Source: Halodesulfurarchaeum sp. (GTDB taxonomy: Archaea > Halobacteriota > Halobacteria > Halobacteriales > Halobacteriaceae). From it: a stretch of 64,000 nucleotides of DNA. Both the position numbers and the translations under genes were made by a program. Below the pieces are notes generated by a model, which did not search any database, was not told the origin of the DNA, and saw only the letters and a list, made by a program, of their open reading frames with translations. Location: contig JAXHNL010000002.1 of the NCBI GenBank assembly GCA_034520565.1, positions 512,001 to 576,000 on the forward strand, read 5' to 3'. Shown piece by piece: positions 28,631 to 40,271 of the stretch. Numbering within the stretch: the stretch's first letter is position 1; each line of letters starts with the position of its first letter.

Positions 28631-29143
28631 TCAGGCCGGGAGCGGAATCGCTTCGATCCGTTCGTCGTACGCGCTGTCGTAGAACTCCAGGGTCTCGACG
28701 GAGAACGTGACCGGTTCGATTTCGCGAGCGAGAAGCCGGTCAGCAGCTGACGGTGGCCCACCGCGGGCCAGAGTCACGTGTGGGACATAATCCGGCCCCT
28801 CGAGGGCCTCCACCGCCCCGAAGACGTCGACGAGCCGGTCGTGAATCGTCCACAACCCCTGGCCCTCGACGGCGAGATAGCCGACCGGTGCCGGCCCCCG
28901 CGGAGGATTCTGGAACGCTGCAGTTCCCGTCACCCGGACCTCGAACGGGGCCGTCCCGGCCAGCGCCGCCCTGGCCCGTCGAGCCGCCTCGAGGTACTCG
29001 CGACGGTCCGTGGCGGGGAGGCGCTTGAGGACCAGCGTCCGGGTGCGGGCAGGGCGGATCCGGTCGAAACCGCTGAGCGCGGGCCGGAGCTGTCTCGCGA
29101 GCTCCCTGACTTCGACCGGAACCGGAACGTTCAGACTGTACAC
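28631..29143 (-). CDS. 2H phosphoesterase / 2'-5' RNA ligase family protein
   Basis: YVPHVTLARG; the first HxT motif is degenerate (RTLVLKR). Confidence 0.75.
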   Translation of the reverse strand: MYSLNVPVPVEVRELARQLRPALSGFDRIRPARTRTLVLKRLPATDRREYLEAARRARAALAGTAPFEVRVTGTAAFQNPPRGPAPVGYLAVEGQGLWTIHDRLVDVFGAVEALEGPDYVPHVTLARGGPPSAADRLLAREIEPVTFSVETLEFYDSAYDERIEAIPLPA

Positions 29144-29183
29144 GGCGGTGTTAGTCGGTTCGGGAATAAAAGCGACCGGGGGG

Positions 29184-29375
29184 TTACAGGACGTCTTCGA
29201 GGAGTTTCAACGCCACAAGCACCAGAACGACGAGGACCAGGACGCCGACACCCATCCAGATCAGTCGACCGACGAATCGGATCACCGAGCCGAGCACGAC
29301 AAAGCCGATCACGAGGGCGACGACCGCGAGGAGGACTTTCAGGACCGTCCACGTGTCGATACCGTCTGCGTTCAT
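29184..29375 (-). CDS. Small 2-TM membrane protein
   Basis: 63 aa, two hydrophobic helices. Confidence 0.65.
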   Translation of the reverse strand: MNADGIDTWTVLKVLLAVVALVIGFVVLGSVIRFVGRLIWMGVGVLVLVVLVLVALKLLEDVL

Positions 29376-29499
29376 TACGAAGCGGTTGGGCGAGGACCTA
29401 CATAAGCCCCGTGACGAACGCGAGCTGCCGCTCGAACCACCCGTTGGCCCCCGCGGAAAAGAAGGATTGAAATACCCCGACTTGATAGAGACGGGTACG

Positions 29500-29589
29500 A
29501 TGACACCCTCGACGCCACGGCAGTCGGTCCGGTCCGTGAGCCGGGGGCCTGTTCTTTACTCCTCGCGACGACGAGGGGGGTCCTTCTGA
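29500..29589 (+). promoter_or_regulatory. Putative Arg-rich leader uORF (29 aa) upstream of argG
   Basis: TTGAAATA box at 29467-29474, ATG 29500, MTPSTPRQSVRSVSRGPVLYSSRRRGGSF*; alternative hairpins. Confidence 0.45.
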
Positions 29590-29679
29590 CCCCAGATACA
29601 TTCACCCCGACCCCATTCGTCTCGAACGCCACGCCCGACAGAAGCGTCGGCGTGGTGAATTTCCATCCACACCATCACA

Positions 29680-30912
29680 ATGTCACACGACACCGTCGCG
29701 CTCGCCTTCTCCGGCGGGCTCGATACGACCGTCACGGTACCGCTGCTGCAAGAAGAGTACGGCTATCGCGAGGTGATCGGCGTCACCGTCGACGTCGGCC
29801 AACCCGAAGCCGAGTTCGAGGAGGCCCGGGAGACGGCCGAAGCGCTCGACGTCGAGCACTACGTCGTCGACGCGACCGAACCCTTCGCCGACCTCCTGAT
29901 GGAGGCCGTCAAGGCAAACGCCACGTATGAGGGCTATCCCCTCGGGACCGCCCTCGCCCGCCCGGTCATCGCGGCCACGATCCAGGCCGTCGCCGAGGAC
30001 CTCGGCGCAGACGGACTCGCCCACGGCTGCACCGGCAAGGGCAACGACCAGCTCCGCTTCGAGGCGGTCTGGCGCCAGTCCGACATGGACGTCATCGCGC
30101 CCGTTCGCGAACTCGATCTGACCCGCGAGTGGGAGATCGAGTACGCCGAGGAGAAGGGCCTGCCCGTCGACAGCGGCAACGACGGGACCTGGTCGATCGA
30201 CTCGAACCTCTGGAGCCGCTCGATCGAGGGCGGGCGGCTGGAGGAGCCCGACTACGTCCCGCCCGAGGACATCTACGAGTGGACCGCGGAACCGAGCGGC
30301 GAGACCGAACTCGTGGAGATCGAGTTCGAGGAGGGCGTCCCCGTGGCTCTCGACGGCGAGACCATGGACCCCGTCTCGCTCGTCACCACACTCAACGAGG
30401 TCGCCGGCGCCCACGGCGTCGGCCGCACGGACATGATGGAGGACCGCATTCTCGGGCTGAAAGTCCGGGAGAACTACGAACACCCCGCAGCGACGACCCT
30501 GCTCGCGGCCCACGAGGCCCTCGAGGCCTACGTTCTCACCGCCGAGACCCTCTCGTTCAAGAAGGGAGTCGACGACATGTGGGCGAAAAAGGCCTACCAG
30601 GGCTTGCTCGCCTCGCCGCTCGTGGACAGCCTGAACGCGTTCATCGAGGACACGCAAACGGCGGTCACCGGCACGGTGACGATCAAGTTCGAGGGCGGAC
30701 AGGCCCGGCCCGTCGCCCGCGAGAGCGACAACGGTGTCTACTCGGCCTCGGCGGCCTCGTTCAACACCGAGGCGATCATGGATGACATCACTCAGGGCGA
30801 TGCGACCGGCGTCGCGAAGTACCACGGCTTCCAGGACCGCCTCGCGGCCTCGATCCAGGCCTCGACGGGCGTCTCGGATTTCGCCGCGGACGTTTCGACC
30901 GGGGACGAGTAG
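29680..30912 (+). CDS. argG: Argininosuccinate synthase
   Basis: LAFSGGLDT, YPLGTALARP, HGCTGKGNDQLRFE. Confidence 0.97.
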   Translation: MSHDTVALAFSGGLDTTVTVPLLQEEYGYREVIGVTVDVGQPEAEFEEARETAEALDVEHYVVDATEPFADLLMEAVKANATYEGYPLGTALARPVIAATIQAVAEDLGADGLAHGCTGKGNDQLRFEAVWRQSDMDVIAPVRELDLTREWEIEYAEEKGLPVDSGNDGTWSIDSNLWSRSIEGGRLEEPDYVPPEDIYEWTAEPSGETELVEIEFEEGVPVALDGETMDPVSLVTTLNEVAGAHGVGRTDMMEDRILGLKVRENYEHPAATTLLAAHEALEAYVLTAETLSFKKGVDDMWAKKAYQGLLASPLVDSLNAFIEDTQTAVTGTVTIKFEGGQARPVARESDNGVYSASAASFNTEAIMDDITQGDATGVAKYHGFQDRLAASIQASTGVSDFAADVSTGDE

Positions 30913-30924
30913 GAGAACAGACAA

Positions 30925-32481
30925 ATGACCGAGGATACATCGGACGGACCGCCTGAGGCTCCTGGGGAACGCCAGGACGGGTCAGACGACGGGGACAACC
31001 CGAAGGAGACCGTCGTCCGCCGCGATCGCTTCAGCGGCGGCCCGGCCCGGGACTTCCTCTCCTCGATGGCCGCGGACGCCAGGATCTTCGACGCCGACCT
31101 GGCCGTCGACCGCGCCCACGTCGTCATGCTCGCCGAGCAGGGGATCATCGAGGACGAGACCGCCGGCGAGATCCTCGGGGCACTCGACGTCGTCGAGGAA
31201 GCCGGACACGGTGCCCTCCCCGACGGCGAGGACGTCCACGAGGCCATCGAGACGGCCGTAATCGACACGATCGGCCCGGAAGGTGGGCGGATGCACACCG
31301 GTCGGTCGCGCAACGACGAGGTGGCAGCCTGCATTCGGTATCAACTGCGGGCCGACCTGCTCGAGGCGATCGAAGCGGTACTCGAGTTCCGCGAGACGCT
31401 GCTCGAAGTCGCCGCCGAGCACACCGAGACGGTGATGCCCGGGTACACCCACCTCCAGCCGGCCCAGCCGACGACGGTGGCCCATTACCTCCTCTCGTAC
31501 GCGGGCGCGGCCGCCCGAGACACCGAACGCCTGTTCGGGGCGTTCGAGCGGACGAACCGTTCGCCGCTGGGGGCTGCCGCACTCGCCGGCACCCCATTCG
31601 ATGTGGATCGCGAGCGGACGGCCGAACTCCTGGGTTTTGACGGACTGGTGGAGAACAGCATGGACGCCGTCGCGGGCCGGGACGTACTCCTCGAGTCGAT
31701 GAGCGCGATCGCCGGACTCTCGGTGACGCTCTCCGGGCTCGCGGAGGACGTGATCCTCTTTGCGAACCGGGACTTCGTGACGCTCGCGGACGCCTACAGC
31801 TCGACCTCCTCGATCATGCCCCAGAAGAAGAACCCGGATAGCCTCGAGCTGGTCCGGGCGACCGCCGGCGACGCCGCCGGGGCCGTACAGGGGCTTTTGA
31901 CCACGATCGCCGGACTCCCCCGGGCCTACAACCGCGACCTCCAGCGGGCCACCCCACACGTCTGGGAGCCGATGGACGACGTGACCGAGGCCACCCGGGT
32001 CGCGACCGGATCCGTGGGCACACTCGACTGGAACGAGGACGTGCTCGAGATCGCGGCTGGCGAGGGCTTTTCGACGGCGACCGGGATCGCCGACCGGCTC
32101 GCGACGAGCGGTCTCCCGTTCCGCACTGCCCACGAGATCGTCGCGACGACGGCCGAAGCGCTGGAAGCGGCGGGCGAACTGGACAGTGGAGCCCCCGACC
32201 CGGACGTCACGATCGATGCGCTCGCCGAGGCCACGGTGGCCGTGACCGGGGACGAACTGTCCACGTTCGTCGATCGCGAGACCGTCGAGACGCTACTCGA
32301 TCCGCGAGAAAGCGTCGCAGCCCGCGACTCGCGTGGCGGCCCAGCACCGTCCAAGGCCGAGGCGTCAATCGCGTCGGCCAGTCGGACTCTCGAAGCCGAT
32401 CGCTCGAAACTCGCGGGACTCCGGGTACCACTCGAGAGCGCCGAGACCGCTCGCATGGAGGCAGTCGAACAGTATGTGTAG
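30925..32481 (+). CDS. argH: Argininosuccinate lyase
   Basis: HTGRSRND, MPGYTHLQPAQP, SSIMPQKKNPD. Confidence 0.97.
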   Translation: MTEDTSDGPPEAPGERQDGSDDGDNPKETVVRRDRFSGGPARDFLSSMAADARIFDADLAVDRAHVVMLAEQGIIEDETAGEILGALDVVEEAGHGALPDGEDVHEAIETAVIDTIGPEGGRMHTGRSRNDEVAACIRYQLRADLLEAIEAVLEFRETLLEVAAEHTETVMPGYTHLQPAQPTTVAHYLLSYAGAAARDTERLFGAFERTNRSPLGAAALAGTPFDVDRERTAELLGFDGLVENSMDAVAGRDVLLESMSAIAGLSVTLSGLAEDVILFANRDFVTLADAYSSTSSIMPQKKNPDSLELVRATAGDAAGAVQGLLTTIAGLPRAYNRDLQRATPHVWEPMDDVTEATRVATGSVGTLDWNEDVLEIAAGEGFSTATGIADRLATSGLPFRTAHEIVATTAEALEAAGELDSGAPDPDVTIDALAEATVAVTGDELSTFVDRETVETLLDPRESVAARDSRGGPAPSKAEASIASASRTLEADRSKLAGLRVPLESAETARMEAVEQYV

Positions 32482-32676
32482 CACCGTTTTCCGCCGGAAC
32501 CACCCGCGCCCAAAACAACTCCGATAACCGATACTATCAACCCAAGACGATACCGTACTGACCCGCAAACCGGGCTCGCAGGCGTGTTTTTCACCGATAG
32601 CCGTCGCTGGGAGTAATATATAATTGCTGATAAGTTCGGAACGCTTAAGGTAATCCCTCGCCTACGATCGGCTGCT

Positions 32677-32841
32677 ATGACAACGTGTCCGGAATGCGGG
32701 GCCGAGGTGACCCTGCACGACTCGATCGAAGTGGGAGAGATCGTCGACTGTGCGACCTGCGGGAGCGAACTGGAAGTCATCGAGGAGGACCCGGTCGTCC
32801 TCGATTTGGCGCCGGAGCTCGACGAGGACTGGGGGGAGTGA
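32677..32841 (+). CDS. lysW: Amino-group carrier protein LysW/ArgW (54 aa)
   Basis: MTTCPECGAEV...VDCATCGSELEV...APELDEDWGE*; C-terminal EDWGE signature. Confidence 0.95.
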   Translation: MTTCPECGAEVTLHDSIEVGEIVDCATCGSELEVIEEDPVVLDLAPELDEDWGE

Positions 32842-33719
32842 TGAAAGTCGGCCTCCTCTACTCGCGGATCCGCACGGACGAGAAGCTCCTGCTCGAGGAG
32901 CTCCGCGAGCGGGGTCACGAGGTCGTCAAGATCGACGTGCGCGAACAGCAGTTCGGCCTCTCGGGCTCCAGCGTCGACGCGGCTGAACTGGACATCGTCG
33001 TCGACCGGTGTGTCGCCACGAGTCGGTCGATGTACGTCACCGAGTTCTTCGCCTCCTACGGCGTCCCCATCGTCAACTCGCCGGAGGTGGCAAGCACCTG
33101 CTCGGACAAAGTGAAAACCAGCCTCGCTCTCGAGGAGGCCGGCATTCCGACCCCCGACACCCGAGTCGCGTTCACGCGCGAGGCCGCTCTGGCGGCCATC
33201 GAGGACTTCGGCTACCCCGTCGTCCTCAAGCCCGTCGTGGGTTCGTGGGGGCGCCTGATGGCCCGGATCGAGGACGACCACGCCGCGGAGGCCATCCTCG
33301 AGCACAAGGAGACCCTGGGCCACTACGAGCACAAGATCTTCTACATCCAGGAGTTCGTGGACAAGCCCGGCCGCGATCTCCGCGTGCTCTCTCTCGACGG
33401 CGAGCCGGTCGCCGGGATGATCCGTTCGGCGGATCACTGGATCACGAACGCCCACCGTGGAGCCGAGACACAGGTCCTCGACATTACCCCGGAAATCGCG
33501 GACCTCGTCCGCCGGGCGAGCGACGCCGTCGGCGGTGGCCTGCTCGGCGTCGACCTCATGGAGACCGAGGACGGGTACACCATCCACGAGATCAACCACA
33601 CCGTCGAGTACAAGGCCCTCGCCGACGCCGTCGACATCGACATCGTGGGCGAGGTCGTCGACTGGCTCGAGGAGAAAGCCGCGGCAACCGAGAACGGCGC
33701 CGAGAAAGCGACGCTGTAA
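32841..33719 (+). CDS. argX: LysX/ArgX ATP-grasp ligase
   Basis: YSRIRTDEKLL, KPVVGSWGRL, YIQEFVDKPGRD, WITN, HEINHTVEYK; start overlaps the lysW stop. Confidence 0.92.
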   Translation: MKVGLLYSRIRTDEKLLLEELRERGHEVVKIDVREQQFGLSGSSVDAAELDIVVDRCVATSRSMYVTEFFASYGVPIVNSPEVASTCSDKVKTSLALEEAGIPTPDTRVAFTREAALAAIEDFGYPVVLKPVVGSWGRLMARIEDDHAAEAILEHKETLGHYEHKIFYIQEFVDKPGRDLRVLSLDGEPVAGMIRSADHWITNAHRGAETQVLDITPEIADLVRRASDAVGGGLLGVDLMETEDGYTIHEINHTVEYKALADAVDIDIVGEVVDWLEEKAAATENGAEKATL

Positions 33720-33797
33720 GCTGATCGGCACGCGTCGGCTCGATCAGCGTTTGCGGGCTTCGGGTGCTATTTGTAGCGTGACCTGCTGGGTTGAGCC

Positions 33798-35051
33798 ATG
33801 ACTGACCTGTCACTCTCGGGGCCAGTGCCCGAGGAAAGCCAGGACGGGGTCTGGCTCGCGTGTATCGACTGTGGCGAAACCTACGCCCCCTTCGAGGAGC
33901 CGATCTACGAGTGTTCGAACTGCGGCTCGCTCCTCGAGGCCCGGTACGAGGAGTACCACGATCTCGAATCCCTCTCCGGAAGCGGCGTCTGGCGGTACAA
34001 AAAGGCCCTTCCGGTCGATCACGGCGTGACGATCGAGGAGGGAAACACCCCGCTCTACGAGGCGCCGAAAATCGAGGCCGACGTGGGCGTCGCCGACCTC
34101 CGAGTCAAGCACGAGGGGATGAACCCGACGGGCAGTTTCAAGGACCGGGGCATGACCGTCGGGGTCCGGGTGGCCGAACGCATCGGCGTCGGCCGGCTCG
34201 CGTGTGCGAGCACCGGCAACACGAGTGCCGCGCTGGCGGCCTACGGCGCCAGGGCCGACAAGGAAACGCTCGTCCTGCTCCCCGAGGGGAAGGTCGCGGC
34301 GGGGAAACTCGCGCAGGCCAGCCTCCACGGGGCGACGATGCTCGAAGTCGAGGGGAACTTCGACGACTGTCTGGACATCGTCTCGGAACTCGCCGATCGG
34401 GGCGAGGTCTACCTCCTCAACTCGCTGAACCCGTTCCGCCTCGAGGGCCAGAAGACCATCGGCCTCGAGATCATCGAGCAGTTCCGCGAGCAGACAGGAG
34501 AGCTCCCGGACCGCATCGTCCTCCCGGTCGGGAACGCCGGGAACACCGCCGCCCTCCACAAGGCCTTCCGAGAACTGGTCGAGGCCGGCGAGATCGACGA
34601 GGAGGAGGTGCCCACACTCACCGGGGTCCAGGCCGCCGGGGCCGCCCCGATGGTCGAGGCCATCGAAAGCGGCGCGGACACGGTCACCCGCTGGGAGGAC
34701 GTCGAAACCAGAGCCACTGCGATCCGGATTGGCGAACCGGTGAACTGGCCGAAGGCGATTCCGGCGATCCGCCAGACAGGGGGGACGGCCGTCGCCGTCG
34801 AGGACGAGGCGATCACCCGCGCCCAGCGGGACCTCGCCGAAGACGGTATCGGGGTCGAGCCCGCGAGTGCCGCCTCGGTGGCGGGCCTGCGCAAACTTCG
34901 CGAGGCCGGGGCAATCGGAGCCGACGAACAGGTCGTCTGCCTCACCACCGGCCACCTCCTCAAGGACCCCGATGCCGCCGCTGCGGCCGGTCGGAATCCA
35001 CAGACGGTGCCGAACTCGGTCGAGGCAGTGCTCGAGGCGGCCGACGAGTAA
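33798..35051 (+). CDS. thrC: Threonine synthase
   Basis: KHEGMNPTGSFKDRG, CASTGNTS, RLEGQKT, PVGNAGN, EPASA, TGHLLKD. Confidence 0.95.
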   Translation: MTDLSLSGPVPEESQDGVWLACIDCGETYAPFEEPIYECSNCGSLLEARYEEYHDLESLSGSGVWRYKKALPVDHGVTIEEGNTPLYEAPKIEADVGVADLRVKHEGMNPTGSFKDRGMTVGVRVAERIGVGRLACASTGNTSAALAAYGARADKETLVLLPEGKVAAGKLAQASLHGATMLEVEGNFDDCLDIVSELADRGEVYLLNSLNPFRLEGQKTIGLEIIEQFREQTGELPDRIVLPVGNAGNTAALHKAFRELVEAGEIDEEEVPTLTGVQAAGAAPMVEAIESGADTVTRWEDVETRATAIRIGEPVNWPKAIPAIRQTGGTAVAVEDEAITRAQRDLAEDGIGVEPASAASVAGLRKLREAGAIGADEQVVCLTTGHLLKDPDAAAAAGRNPQTVPNSVEAVLEAADE

Positions 35052-35069
35052 CTGCCCTTTAACAGGCGA

Positions 35070-36248
35070 TCAGGACGACGCCCGGATTTCTCGCTTGTCA
35101 CGCTTCGACGGCCCGCTCCCCAAAAAATCCACGAGCGGCTCGATCACCGTCTCCGGGCGGGCCAGAAACGCGTCGTGGCCGTAGTCGTCGACGATCCGCT
35201 CGAATGTGACACTGGCCCCGGCCGCCTCGAATGCGTCGGCGACCTCGCGCCCCTGTTCGACGGTGAACTGCCAGTCGCCCGTGTAGCTCAGGACCAGTGC
35301 AGAGCCCTCGAAGTCCGTGAGGGCCTCGGCCGGGGAGGCGTGGCCCCTGGAGAACTCGTACTCGTCCATCGCGCGGAGGAGGTAGAGGTAGCTGTTGGCG
35401 TCGAAGCGGTCGGTGAACGTGCTGGCGTTGTAATCGAGGTAGGAGGCCACGTCGCGGTACTCGAAGGCCTCGGCGGTGGGGTCCTCGAGCCCGACGAGCA
35501 TCCGATCGGCGGCCCGGCGCCCGAACCGGTTCTGCATCGAGTCCTTCGAGAGGTACTGCACGTGGCCGATCCGGCGGGCCTGCCCCAGTCCGTCTACGGG
35601 ACCGGGGCCGCCGTAATAGTTCCCGCCCTGGTAGTTCGGGTCCTGGGTGATGGCGCGCCGGGCGATCGAGTCGAGGGCGAGGTTCTGGGTGTCGACCCGG
35701 AACGCCGTCGCGACGGCGACGATCCGTTCGACGCGTTCGGGATACGTGCGGGCCCACTCGAGGGCGTTCATCCCGCCGACACTCCCCCCGACGACCGCGT
35801 AGAGGGTACCGACGTCGAGTTCGTCGAGGAGACGGGCCTGGGCCCGTACCCAGTCGGTGATGGTAACCGGCGGAAAGTCCGGCCCGTAGGGCTCCCCGTC
35901 CGGACCGAACGAGGCCGGACCGGTGGTTCCATAGCAGGAGCCGGGCACGTTCGCGACGATCACGAAGAACTGCTCGGTGTCGATCGCCCGGCCCGGCCCG
36001 ACGACGTCGCTCCACCAGCCGGCGGCCTGACCGTCGATCCCCTCCGGGCCGCTGCCCGTGACGTACTGGCTGCCGGTCAGGGCGTGGGTCACGAGGACTG
36101 GCGGGTTCGACGGGTCTCCGAAGGTCTCGTAGGCAATATCGAGGTCGACCGAGCCACCCCGCTCGAACTCGAAGTGACCGACCGAGACCTGCCTGGTCGG
36201 CGGAACGAGCGGACCGCCCGGATTGGAGGGAAATTGTTCACCTGTCAT
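35070..36248 (-). CDS. metX: Homoserine O-acetyltransferase
   Basis: [38 protein letters not shown]. Confidence 0.93.
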   Translation of the reverse strand: MTGEQFPSNPGGPLVPPTRQVSVGHFEFERGGSVDLDIAYETFGDPSNPPVLVTHALTGSQYVTGSGPEGIDGQAAGWWSDVVGPGRAIDTEQFFVIVANVPGSCYGTTGPASFGPDGEPYGPDFPPVTITDWVRAQARLLDELDVGTLYAVVGGSVGGMNALEWARTYPERVERIVAVATAFRVDTQNLALDSIARRAITQDPNYQGGNYYGGPGPVDGLGQARRIGHVQYLSKDSMQNRFGRRAADRMLVGLEDPTAEAFEYRDVASYLDYNASTFTDRFDANSYLYLLRAMDEYEFSRGHASPAEALTDFEGSALVLSYTGDWQFTVEQGREVADAFEAAGASVTFERIVDDYGHDAFLARPETVIEPLVDFLGSGPSKRDKREIRASS

Positions 36249-36406
36249 GTCTGGTGTGCATATTCCTCAGCGACTATATTACTGCTATGTAAGTTGGCGC
36301 TTGTAAGTGTTGCTATCCCGGCCCGGTCGTTCCGATCGCGGTGGTTTCGGATCGGACCACCCAGTAGCAAACGTTCACTACCCCGGGCGTCAAACTGTCA
36401 AGGAGT

Positions 36407-37363
36407 ATGGTCAAGTTCCGGCAACTATTCGATTTTACCCCTCGACGGATCGCCGGCGGGTATGCCGTCTCGGGTGCGGCGTGGATAGCGCTGTCGGACC
36501 GAGTGGTCTTTGACCTATTCGGCAGCGCGTCGGCCAGTGTCCTGATACAGACGGTCAAAGGGTGGATCTTCGTCGGCGTTTCCGCGGGGCTTCTCTTCGG
36601 GCTGACCCGCGTTCGAGAGGAACAACTCGAGGCCTCAAAGCGCCGCGCGATCGCCACGGGCCAACAACTCCAGGTCCTCCAGCGGCTCTTTCGCCACAAC
36701 GTCCGTAACGACATGACGGTGGTCCGTGGAAACGTCTCGTTAATCCGGGAGCAGAACGCGGACCCGACGGTCGAGACCTGGTTGGGGGAAATCGAGGAGT
36801 CCACGACCGATCTGCTCGCGATGAGTGAAAAACTGCAGATCCTCAACGACGTCGAGGTCGGCGAGAACCCCGAAAGGGCCGTCGATATCGTGTCGGTAAT
36901 CGAGATGGAAGTAAATCGGTGCCAGGATTCCTATCCCGAGGCAACCATCGAAACTGACCTCCCGGAACAGCGCTCCGTCGAGGCCGACTGGTCGATCCAG
37001 TACGCGATCCGGGAGGCCCTCCAGAATGCGATGGACCATCACAACACACCGGAGGCGGAACGGCACGTCGAGATCACGTGTGCGGAGACGGTGAGCGAGG
37101 TCAGGATCGAAATCGCGGACGACGGCCCGGGAATTCCGGCCGACGAGATCGCCCCGATCGAGTCGGGAACGGAGAGCCCACTGGCCCACGGCAGCGGCGT
37201 CGGCCTCTGGATCATCGCGTGGCTCTGCCAGAGTTTCGACGGATCGATCGATTTCGACGGATCCGATGGCACGACCGTCGGAATGACGTTCACCCGCGCC
37301 GATCCGATCGAACAGGTCACCGGTCGCATCAAACACGAGCTGTACGCGGCACCCGGCGAATAG
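36407..37363 (+). CDS. Membrane-bound sensor histidine kinase (orphan)
   Basis: 2 TM (WIALSD...QTVKGWIFV), RHNVRN H-box, EALQNA, DDGPGI, HGSGVGLW. Confidence 0.9.
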   Translation: MVKFRQLFDFTPRRIAGGYAVSGAAWIALSDRVVFDLFGSASASVLIQTVKGWIFVGVSAGLLFGLTRVREEQLEASKRRAIATGQQLQVLQRLFRHNVRNDMTVVRGNVSLIREQNADPTVETWLGEIEESTTDLLAMSEKLQILNDVEVGENPERAVDIVSVIEMEVNRCQDSYPEATIETDLPEQRSVEADWSIQYAIREALQNAMDHHNTPEAERHVEITCAETVSEVRIEIADDGPGIPADEIAPIESGTESPLAHGSGVGLWIIAWLCQSFDGSIDFDGSDGTTVGMTFTRADPIEQVTGRIKHELYAAPGE

Positions 37364-37419
37364 ATGCGTGACTGCGACGGTCACGGACCGACCCGCCCCC
37401 GGCCGGGTCCCAAACGTAA

Positions 37420-39573
<2,154 letters not shown>

Positions 39574-39667
39574 TCGGACCGCTTGCCTCGGGGTCCCGTC
39601 AGTTGTTGGCCGGTATTACGTCACAAACCGGGTGCATTCAAATGGGGGTCCCACGAAAACTACTCGG

Positions 39668-40264
39668 ATGAGTTGGCAGTCCGACGTCGACCAACTGCTC
39701 TACGCCGGCGAGACGGTCCTCGCCAAGGTCGCGGGCCACGAGGCCGCGATCGCCGTCACGAGCCACCGGGTCCTCGTCTTCACGCCGGGCGTGGAGGGAC
39801 CGAACGTCCAAACCTTCCATCGGCCGAACGTCACCGGCCTGTCCAAACGCGCCAGCGGGTCGGGCCGGTGGCTCAGGGCCGGGGCGAAGTGGCTGGTCCT
39901 CGGAGTCGCCCTCACGATCGTCGGCTCGCTCATCGACCTCGAGGGCGTCCTCGGAAACGTCTCCACGGAAGGGACCGCGGGCGAGGTCGACGTGGGCTGG
40001 ATCGGTGGCCTGTTCGACCTCTTCAGCACGGTTTTCGCCCTCCTCGACGACGTCCTGCTCCTCGGTGGGATCCTCTCCAGTATCGCCGGCTTGGTTTTCG
40101 TCGCCGGGTACCTCAAGAGCCGGGCCTCGGTCGTCACGATCGAGGTGGCCGGGGAGGGGGACGTCGACCTCCCCGCCGCCGGCTTCAGCGACTCCGACGT
40201 CGGGAAACTCGCGGACGCCATCGACCCCACTGTAGCGGTCGATTCAAAGCCGTCGAGCCGGTAG
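39668..40264 (+). CDS. Hypothetical membrane protein (PH-like N-terminus + 2 TM)
   Basis: LLYAGETV...[12 protein letters not shown] plus two hydrophobic helices; directly upstream of uvrC. Confidence 0.7.
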   Translation: MSWQSDVDQLLYAGETVLAKVAGHEAAIAVTSHRVLVFTPGVEGPNVQTFHRPNVTGLSKRASGSGRWLRAGAKWLVLGVALTIVGSLIDLEGVLGNVSTEGTAGEVDVGWIGGLFDLFSTVFALLDDVLLLGGILSSIAGLVFVAGYLKSRASVVTIEVAGEGDVDLPAAGFSDSDVGKLADAIDPTVAVDSKPSSR

Positions 40265-40271
40265 CGCCGGT

